The notes beneath the pieces were generated by a model, which saw only the letters and a list, made by a program, of their open reading frames with translations, was not told the origin of the DNA and searched no databases. The translations under genes and the position numbers were made by a program. Positions 25,433 to 31,743 of a stretch of 31,743 bases of DNA are shown here, in pieces (position 1 is the first letter of the stretch; every line of letters begins with the position of its first letter). The stretch comes from Solirubrobacterales bacterium. GTDB taxonomy: Bacteria; Actinomycetota; Thermoleophilia; Solirubrobacterales; 70-9. The stretch lies in the NCBI GenBank assembly GCA_036262475.1, contig DATAIY010000474.1:1-31743 (forward strand), in the 5' to 3' direction.

Positions 25433-25996
25433 TCAGTCCGGCGAGCGCGCCGAGCGGGCGACGTGGGCGGCGAGCGTCTCGAACACGGTGGCGAGTCGAG
25501 AGCGTGGCTCGGAATCGGCGATCAGGCCGTCGGGGCCGATCTAGTCGCGGGCGACCGGGATCCGCACGCAGGCGTCCTCGACCAAATCGGCGCCGAGGTA
25601 GCCGCGGACCTTGCGCAGCGAGTCGTCGGCGTTGACCCCGCGACCGGGAGCGGCGGGGTTGACCCAGGCCGCCGGCACGCCATAGATCTCATGCCCACCG
25701 ACGGTCCACTCGAGCATGTTCTTGAACGAGCCCGGCAGGGCGCCGGCGTACTCGGGGGTCGAGAACTGCACCGCGTCCGCGCGGCCCAGCTGGGCGCGCA
25801 TCGCGGCGGCGGGCGGCGGAATCTCCATCCCCTCCTCGTCGTCGTCGGGATTGAAGTGCGGCAGGCCCGCGAGCCCCTCATAGAGCGCGGTCGATACCCC
25901 CTCGGGCGCGACCGCTGCGGCCGTCCGCAGCAGCGCCGAGTTGGTCGAGCCGTCCCGCAGGCTCCCCGAGACGAGCAGGATGTGGGCGAGTGCCAT
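25433..25996 (-). pseudogene. NADPH-dependent FMN reductase with an in-frame TAG
   Basis: SGSLR.GSTN, LPHFNPD, STPEYAGALPGSFKN.LEW. The frame continues past TAG 25541-25543 as IGPDGLIADSE...LAAHVARSARSPD* to 25433. Confidence 0.8.
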
Positions 25997-26067
25997 CGGC
26001 TCCAGGGTCGCGCATTCGCCACGCCGTCGGCCGAGTGCGCCGGCGAAGGCGTGGGAGACTCCGGGGG

Positions 26068-26772
26068 GTGCGAGTCCTGGCGATCGTCCAACAGCGCGAC
26101 GCCGGCCCCGGCGTCTTCGCCGAAGCGATCCGGGAGAGTGGCGCCGAGCTTGACCCCTGGCTGCTGCCCGAGGAACCCGATGCTCCGGCGGACCCGCTCG
26201 GCTACGACGCGGTGCTCGTCCTCGGCGGTGCCGTGCATCCCGACCAGGACGCCGGCAACGGCTGGCTGACCGAGGAGAAGGCTCTCCTGAAGGAGCTGCT
26301 GGCGAGCAGCGTGCCGCTGCTCGGCCTCTGCCTGGGAGGCCAGCTGGTCGCAGGAGCGGCGGGCGCGACGCCGCACCGCGCCGAGCGGCCGGAGATCGGC
26401 TGGCACCCGGTGGCGCTGAGCGCCGAGGGACGGGAGGACCCGCTGCTGGCGCCCCTCGCCCCCGGCTTCGAGGCCTTCCAGTGGCACAGCTACGAATTCC
26501 CGCTGCCGCCCGGCGCCGTCGCCCTCGCCCACAGCGACGTCTGCCTCCAGGCCTGCCGGATCGGCGCCGCGGCCTGGGCGATCCAGTTCCACCCCGAGGT
26601 CAGCACCGCCGACGCCCTCACCTGGATCGACGACTACCGCTCCGACCCCGACGCGCTGCGAATCGGCCTCGACCCGGAAGCGCTGCGAACCGAGACCGAA
26701 GCCAAGATCGCCGCCTTCAACCGGCTAGGCCGCGACCTCTGCCGCCGCTGGCTCGACGTCGTCGCGGCCTGA
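26068..26772 (+). CDS. Class I glutamine amidotransferase-like protein
   Basis: DAVLVLGG, LGLCLGGQL (nucleophile Cys), PEIGW, FQWHS, IQFHPE (His-Glu). GTG start. Confidence 0.88.
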   Translation: MRVLAIVQQRDAGPGVFAEAIRESGAELDPWLLPEEPDAPADPLGYDAVLVLGGAVHPDQDAGNGWLTEEKALLKELLASSVPLLGLCLGGQLVAGAAGATPHRAERPEIGWHPVALSAEGREDPLLAPLAPGFEAFQWHSYEFPLPPGAVALAHSDVCLQACRIGAAAWAIQFHPEVSTADALTWIDDYRSDPDALRIGLDPEALRTETEAKIAAFNRLGRDLCRRWLDVVAA

Positions 26773-26827
26773 GCACGGGTCGGGGCGCCTTCTGCACCCC
26801 GTGCGGCGGCTAAAGCGCCCGCCCGCG

Positions 26828-27586
26828 CTAGTCGACCTGGATCGGTGTCAGGTAGGCGCCGGAGAGGCCGCCGTCGACGAGGAAGGTGCTGGCGGTGACG
26901 AACGAGGAGTCGTCGCTGGCGAGGAACAGCGCCGCCTTGGCGATCTCCTCGGGTTCGCCGAAGCGGCCCATCGGGATGTGGACGAGGCGTTTCGCGGCGC
27001 GGTCGGGATCCTTGGCGAAGAGCTCCTTCAGCAGCGGCGTGTTGACCGGGCCGGGGCAGAGGGCGTTGACCCGGACACCGCGTTCGGCGAACTCGACGCC
27101 GAGCTCGCGGGAGAGCGAGAGCACCGCCCCCTTCGAGGCCGTGTAGGAGATCTGGGAGACGGCGGCGCCCATCGTCGCGACGAAGGAGGCGACGTTGATC
27201 ACCGAGCCGCCGCCGGCCTCGAGCAGCTGCGGGATGCCGTGCTTGCAGCAGAGGAAGACGCTGCGCAGGTTGACGTCCTGGACCCGCTGCCAGGCCTCGA
27301 GCTCGGTCACCAGCACCGAGCCGTCATCGGTCGGGTTGATGCCGGCGTTGTTCATCAGCACGTCGATCCCGCCCAGCTCCTCGCTGACCCGTTTGTAGGC
27401 GGCGGCGACCTGCGCCTCGTCGGAGACGTCGGCCTGGATCGTCAGCTCGCCCTCGGTGCCCTCGGTGGCGAGATCGATCCCGACCACGCGCGCGCCCTCG
27501 GCGGCGAAGAGCCGTGCCGACTCGGCGCCGATCCCGCTCGCGGTCCCGGTGATCACGCAGACCTTGCCCTCCAGTCGTCCCGACAT
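26828..27586 (-). CDS. Short-chain dehydrogenase of the glnA4 operon (Rv2857c-like)
   Basis: ITGTASGIG, NNAGI, INVASFV, YTASK, NALCPGPV.T, FLVDGG. TGATG overlap with the ALDH. Confidence 0.9.
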   Translation of the reverse strand: MSGRLEGKVCVITGTASGIGAESARLFAAEGARVVGIDLATEGTEGELTIQADVSDEAQVAAAYKRVSEELGGIDVLMNNAGINPTDDGSVLVTELEAWQRVQDVNLRSVFLCCKHGIPQLLEAGGGSVINVASFVATMGAAVSQISYTASKGAVLSLSRELGVEFAERGVRVNALCPGPVNTPLLKELFAKDPDRAAKRLVHIPMGRFGEPEEIAKAALFLASDDSSFVTASTFLVDGGLSGAYLTPIQVD

Positions 27587-28947
27587 CAGCCCTCCGTGGT
27601 CGCGTAGTAGACGTTCTTTACGTCGGTGTAGTGCTCGAGCGCGTCGGGGCCGAGCTCGCGGCCGACCCCCGACTGCTTGAAGCCCCCGAACGGGGTCGAG
27701 ACCCGGACCGAGGTGTTGGAGTTGATTGAGAGCACCCCGGCCTCGACGGCGCGCGCCACCCGCAGCGCCCTGCTGCCGTCGCGGCTCCAGATCGAGCCGG
27801 AGAGGCCGTAGATCGTCTCGTTGGCGAGGGCGATCGCCTCCTCCTCTCCCTCGAATGGGATCAGGCAGGCGACCGGGCCGAAGATCTCCTCCCGCGCCGC
27901 CCGCTCGGAGTTGGCGACCGGGGCGAGCACGGTCGGCGGGAACCAGTAGCCGGGCCCCTCGGGCGCCGTGCCGCGGATCGCCACCGGAGCGTCGTCGGGG
28001 ACGTAGGCGGCGACGCTGGAGCGCTGGTCGGCGGAGATCAGCGGGCCCATCTGGGTCGACTCCTCGAGCGGGTCGCCGACCCGCAGCGATTCGACCTGCG
28101 GCGCCATCGCCGCGAGGAAGTCGTCGACGGCGGAGCGCTCGACCAGGATCCGCGAGCGGGCGCAGCAGTCCTGGCCGGCGTTGCCGAAGACGGCGCCCGG
28201 CGCCGCGGCCGCGGCGGCCTCGAGGTCGGCGTCGGCGAAGACGATGTTGGCCGACTTGCCGCCCAGCTCCAGGGTCACCCGCTTAATTGTTGAAGCGGCG
28301 CCGGCGGCGATCCCGCGGCCGACCTCGGTCGAACCGGTGAAGGCGATCTTGGCGACGTCGGGGTGCTCGACCAGCCGGGCGCCGCAGACGCTCCCCGGGC
28401 CGGCGACGACATTTAGGACGCCCTCCGGCAGGCCCGCCCCGAGCGCGATCTTCTCCAGCTCGACCGCCGTCAGCGGCGTCAGCGCCGCTGGCTTGAGAAC
28501 GATGCAGTTGCCGGCGGCGAGCGCCGGCGCGACCTTCCAGGCGGCGATCGTCAGCGGGAAGTTCCAGGGCACGATCAGGCCGACGACGCCGAGCGGCTCG
28601 CGGAAGGTCATGTCGACACCGCCGGCGACCGGGATCGTCTGGCCGAGCAGGCGCTCGGGGGCGCCGGCGTAGTAGTGGAAGGTTTCGACCACCATCCCGA
28701 TCTCGCCGCGGGCGTCGCCGATCGGCTTGCCTGCGTTCCGCGCCTCGAGCGTGGCCAGCTCCTCGAGCCGCTCGGCGAGCGCGTCGGCGAGGCCGTGCAG
28801 CAGCGCTCCGCGGTCCGATGGCGAGACGTCCCGCCAACCCGGGAACGCGGCCTTGGCCCGTGCCACCGCGGCGTCAACCTCCTCGACTCCCGCCCGCGGC
28901 AGCTCGGCCATCACCTGCTCGGTCGCCGGCTCGATCACCTCGATCAA
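27586..28947 (-). CDS. Aldehyde dehydrogenase (AldC/PuuC-like, gamma-glutamyl-aminoaldehyde dehydrogenase)
   Basis: IVPWNFP, LKPA, FTGSTEVG, LELGGKS, GQDCCARSR, EEIFGPV, PFGGFKQSG. TTGA overlap with the upstream hydrolase. Confidence 0.92.
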   Translation of the reverse strand: MIEVIEPATEQVMAELPRAGVEEVDAAVARAKAAFPGWRDVSPSDRGALLHGLADALAERLEELATLEARNAGKPIGDARGEIGMVVETFHYYAGAPERLLGQTIPVAGGVDMTFREPLGVVGLIVPWNFPLTIAAWKVAPALAAGNCIVLKPAALTPLTAVELEKIALGAGLPEGVLNVVAGPGSVCGARLVEHPDVAKIAFTGSTEVGRGIAAGAASTIKRVTLELGGKSANIVFADADLEAAAAAAPGAVFGNAGQDCCARSRILVERSAVDDFLAAMAPQVESLRVGDPLEESTQMGPLISADQRSSVAAYVPDDAPVAIRGTAPEGPGYWFPPTVLAPVANSERAAREEIFGPVACLIPFEGEEEAIALANETIYGLSGSIWSRDGSRALRVARAVEAGVLSINSNTSVRVSTPFGGFKQSGVGRELGPDALEHYTDVKNVYYATTEG

Positions 28948-29675
28948 GATCTGACCCCCTGCCTGCTCCGCGCCGCCTCGACCAGGGCGGCGATCACCTC
29001 ACTGCGGACGTCCTCCTCGGGGTGCCAGACGATCCCGAGGGCGAAAGCGTGGTCCGGCAACTCGATCGCCTCGATCAACTCGTCGCCCACCGCCCAGCCG
29101 CTCGCCACCAGCCCCTCGCCCAGCTTCTCCACCCCCTGGTGGTGGTGGGACATCACCGCGACCTGCTCGGACCCCGCCGCCCGGCAAGCCAGGGTGCCGG
29201 GGGCGAGCCGGACCTCGTGCCCGCCGAAGGTGCCGGCGACGAGGCGGTGATCCTCATGGCCCACCGACTCCGGCAGGTGCTGGACGAGGGTGCCGCCACA
29301 GGCGATGTTGAGCAGCTGCATCCCGCGGCAGATGCCGAGGACGGGAAGGTCGCGCTCGAGGGCACGGCGGACGAGGGCGAGCTCGAAGCGATCGCGCTCG
29401 GGCCAAGTGCCCCTGGTCTCGGGGTGCGGGGTGGCGCCGTAGGTGGCAGGGTCGATGTCCGAGCCGCCGGCGAGCAGCAGCGCGTCGAGCCGGTCGAGCA
29501 GGGGATCGGGATCCTCCAGCGCCGCGGCGTCGGGTGCCAGCAGCAGCGCCAGGCCGCCGGCCCGCTGCACCGCGGTGGCGTAGGAGCGCGGCGCCATCGT
29601 CACCGTTTCCTCGACCCACGCCTCCCAGCTGACGCGCTCGATCGCCGCACAGATGCCGATCGCTGGAGAGCTCAT
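28944..29675 (-). CDS. puuD: Gamma-glutamyl-amide hydrolase (peptidase C26, PuuD-like)
   Basis: LLLAGGSDIDP..YG, RDRFEL, LGICRGMQLLN, SHHHQGV, IEAIE, GIVWHPE. Confidence 0.85.
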   Translation of the reverse strand: MSSPAIGICAAIERVSWEAWVEETVTMAPRSYATAVQRAGGLALLLAPDAAALEDPDPLLDRLDALLLAGGSDIDPATYGATPHPETRGTWPERDRFELALVRRALERDLPVLGICRGMQLLNIACGGTLVQHLPESVGHEDHRLVAGTFGGHEVRLAPGTLACRAAGSEQVAVMSHHHQGVEKLGEGLVASGWAVGDELIEAIELPDHAFALGIVWHPEEDVRSEVIAALVEAARSRQGVRS

Positions 29676-29743
29676 AGCCACTGCTTCGCGCTTCGCTCGC
29701 TCGCGCTAATCATCACCGGCAGCCTCGCTCACTCGCTCCGCGC
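29676..29743 (-). repeat. GCGA-rich intergenic spacer carrying two overlapping mini-ORFs (MIRU/REP-like)
   Basis: Minus strand gcgcggagcgagtgagcgag...gcgcgagcgagcgaagcgcgaagc. Mini-ORFs at 29747-29706 and 29713-29672 overlap both flanking genes. Confidence 0.45.
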
Positions 29744-31072
29744 TCACAGACGCTCGAACCCGCGGTAGCGCTCCCAATCGGTGACGGCGGCCTCGAAGGC
29801 GTCGATCTCGACGCCAGCCCGGTTCAGGTAGTGGTCGACGACCTCGGGGCCGAAGGCCTCGGCCACCATCGGGCTCGTCGCGAAGGCGTCACGGGCGTCG
29901 TAGATGTTGTGCGGAACGCGGGGCTTGTCGGACTTGTAGGCGTCGCCCTCGAAGACCGGCTCCAGCGCCAGCTCTTTTTCGATCCCGTGCAGGCCGGCGG
30001 CGATCAGCGCGCTCAGCGCCAGGTACGGGTTGACGTCGGCACCCGGCAGCCGGTTCTCGACCCGCAGCCCCTCGCCGTGGCCGACCACCCGCAGCGAGCA
30101 GGTGCGGTTGTCCCGACCCCAGGCGATCGCGGTCGGCGCGAAGGAGCCGGCGGAGAAGCGTTTGTAGGAGTTGACGTGCGGCGCGTAGAGCAAGGTCAGC
30201 TCCCGCATGCAGGCGATCTGGCCGGCGACGAAGTGCTCGAACAGCGCCTGGTCTGCGGCGAACGCGTTGGAGCCGTCCTCGTTGGCGAGCGAGCAGTGGA
30301 TGTGGCAGGAGTTGCCCTCGCGCTCGTTGAACTTGGCCATGAAGGTGATCGCGTGCTCCTCCTGGGAGGCGATCTCCTTGGCGCCGTTCTTGTAGATCGC
30401 GTGGTTGTCGGCGCTGCGCAGGGCCTCCTCGTAGCGGAAGTTGATCTCGTGCTGGCCGAGGTTGCACTCGCCCTTGGAGTTCTCGACCGTCATCCCCGCC
30501 GAGGACATCTCGTTGCGGATGCGGCGGATCAGCGGCTCGACCCGGGCGCTGCCCAGCAGCGAATAGTCGATGTTGTAGAGGTTGGCCGGCTCGAGGTCGC
30601 GGAAGCCCTGCTTCCAGGCCTCCTCGTAGGTGTCGCGGAAGACGATGAACTCGAGCTCGGTAGCGGCGTTGGCGCTGAACCCCCGCTCGGCTAGGCGGGC
30701 CAGCTGGCGGCGCAGGATCTGCCGCGGCGATGCCATCACGTCGCGCCCGTCGGACCACTGCAGGTCGGCCATCACCATCGCCGTCCCGGGCAGCCAGGGG
30801 ACCGGCCGCAGCGTCTCCAGGTCGGGCTTCATCTCGAAGTCGCCGTAGCCGGTGTCCCAGGAGGCCATCGCGTAGCCGCCGACGGTTTCCATGTCGACGT
30901 CGACCGCAAGCAGGTAGTTGCAGCCCTCGGCGCCGTGCTCGAGCACGTCGCCGAGGAAGTGCGAGGCGGTCAGCCGCTTGCCCTGCAGCCGCCCCTCCAT
31001 GTCGGCGATCGCCAGGAGCACGGTGTCGACCGTGCCCTCGGCGACCGCCTGCCTCAGCTCGTCTACGGTCAC
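29744..31072 (-). CDS. glnA4: Glutamine synthetase-like gamma-glutamylating enzyme (GlnA4 type)
   Basis: DMEGRLQGKR, YLLAVDVDM.TV.GYAMASWDTGYGD, ATELEF, KGECNLGQHEINF, EGNSCHIH, NSYKR, WGRDNRT, VENRLPGAD. The GS-hydrolase-ALDH-SDR order matches M. tuberculosis Rv2860c-2857c as I recall it. Confidence 0.88.
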   Translation of the reverse strand: MTVDELRQAVAEGTVDTVLLAIADMEGRLQGKRLTASHFLGDVLEHGAEGCNYLLAVDVDMETVGGYAMASWDTGYGDFEMKPDLETLRPVPWLPGTAMVMADLQWSDGRDVMASPRQILRRQLARLAERGFSANAATELEFIVFRDTYEEAWKQGFRDLEPANLYNIDYSLLGSARVEPLIRRIRNEMSSAGMTVENSKGECNLGQHEINFRYEEALRSADNHAIYKNGAKEIASQEEHAITFMAKFNEREGNSCHIHCSLANEDGSNAFAADQALFEHFVAGQIACMRELTLLYAPHVNSYKRFSAGSFAPTAIAWGRDNRTCSLRVVGHGEGLRVENRLPGADVNPYLALSALIAAGLHGIEKELALEPVFEGDAYKSDKPRVPHNIYDARDAFATSPMVAEAFGPEVVDHYLNRAGVEIDAFEAAVTDWERYRGFERL

Positions 31073-31079
31073 GCCGGGA

Positions 31080-31085
31080 ACGTTA
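31080..31085 (-). promoter_or_regulatory. Possible -10 element for a leaderless glnA4 transcript
   Basis: TAACGT (TAnnnT) lies exactly 7 nt before the GTG start, and no SD is present. Confidence 0.4.
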
Positions 31086-31094
31086 CGCCGCCGC

Positions 31095-31743
31095 TCACGG
31101 CGCGCCGGGGCCGACCTCGGGCGGGGGACCGACGTCTTTCTCGAGGTCGATCTCGCGCACCTGGCCGGTGAAGTGCTTGTGGGCGCTCGTGTACCAGGCG
31201 ATTCCCGCGAAAAGGATCACCACGCCGACCATCAGGGGCGCGTAGTTGAGGGATTCCCAGCTGAATTCGCTGTTCCACGGGACGCCCGCAGGCACGAACG
31301 GGAGGCAGAAGATGAGCACGATCAGGATCACCCAGAAGACCGCGAAGGGGTTCATCCACTTGTACTTTCGACCGTTGGTCCAGGGCCCGGCCTGGAAATC
31401 GCCGCCTTGGCGCCAGCGCAGGAAGATCGGGATCGCATAGGCCATGTAGAGGCCGATCACCGTGATCGAGACGACTGCGTAGAAGGCCCACGGATACTGT
31501 TCGCCGTTGCCCTTGAGGGCCGGCAGGGTGATCAGCAGCGCCGCGATCGCCATCGCCAGCACCGCGAAGACCGGCACACGCTCGGAGTTGACCCGAGAGA
31601 GGAGCGCCGAGGGGCGGCGGCCGAAGCCGCGATCGCGTGAGAACGCGTAGCACATGCGCGAAGCGCTGGTCAGGCAGGCGCCGCCGCAGAAGAGCTGGCC
31701 GACGGTGGAGATGATCAGCACGAGCTTCACCCAGCCACTGCCC
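31095..31743 (-). CDS. APC-family amino acid/amine permease, 3' part (5' end beyond window)
   Basis: GQLFCG...TSASRMCYAFSRDRG, VNSERVPVFAV, SITVIGLYMAYAIPIFLR, GPW..G, NYAP. Multiple TM segments. Confidence 0.88.
   Translation of the reverse strand, partial: GSGWVKLVLIISTVGQLFCGGACLTSASRMCYAFSRDRGFGRRPSALLSRVNSERVPVFAVLAMAIAALLITLPALKGNGEQYPWAFYAVVSITVIGLYMAYAIPIFLRWRQGGDFQAGPWTNGRKYKWMNPFAVFWVILIVLIFCLPFVPAGVPWNSEFSWESLNYAPLMVGVVILFAGIAWYTSAHKHFTGQVREIDLEKDVGPPPEVGPGAP

Noticed and set aside
25541-25543. Pyrrolysine or programmed amber readthrough
   Set aside because: No pyl machinery is visible and the position is not catalytic; a point mutation or error is simpler.
1-31743. Many long antisense or alternate-frame ORFs (e.g. 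4404-6116, 6555-8009, 13833-15239, 18009-19469, 21401-23311), plus CRISPR arrays, IS elements, integrases and rRNA
   Set aside because: The ORFs are shadows of real genes, caused by stop-codon scarcity at high GC. No repeat-spacer arrays, transposase or recombinase motifs, or rRNA signatures were seen.

Overview
High-GC actinobacterial chromosome segment. The gene repertoire suggests Thermoleophilia/Solirubrobacterales (inference, not searched). Layout: (i) 1-3.4 kb holds a frameshifted PD-(D/E)XK nuclease, a damaged DrrAB-type ABC exporter, an acidic disordered protein and tRNA-Ala(CGC). (ii) 3.4-20 kb is an accessory patchwork downstream of the tRNA, mixing intact genes with truncated or decayed fragments. 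Intact genes include DUF2855, a secreted FGE-fold protein, a group II truncated haemoglobin, GH18-SDR-SRPBCC, a site-2 protease, an sqr-tusE-dsrE sulfur operon, a TrmO-like gene, a CDF and a DGPF/YciI-ECF42 pair. (iii) 20-31.7 kb is mostly intact metabolism: a glutaryl-CoA cluster with a GntR regulator, an M1 peptidase, an FMN reductase with an in-frame stop, a GATase, and a glnA4-type gamma-glutamylation operon. No integrase, transposase, CRISPR array or rRNA was seen. Best leads: the SQR/TusE/DsrE sulfur relay without dsrAB or persulfide dioxygenase in the window; two matching ECF42-type promoters defining a local regulon with non-DGPF targets; and mini-ORFs bridging the spacers of the glnA4 operon. 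Many frameshifts lie in homopolymers and may be sequencing errors. All family calls are from motif recognition only.
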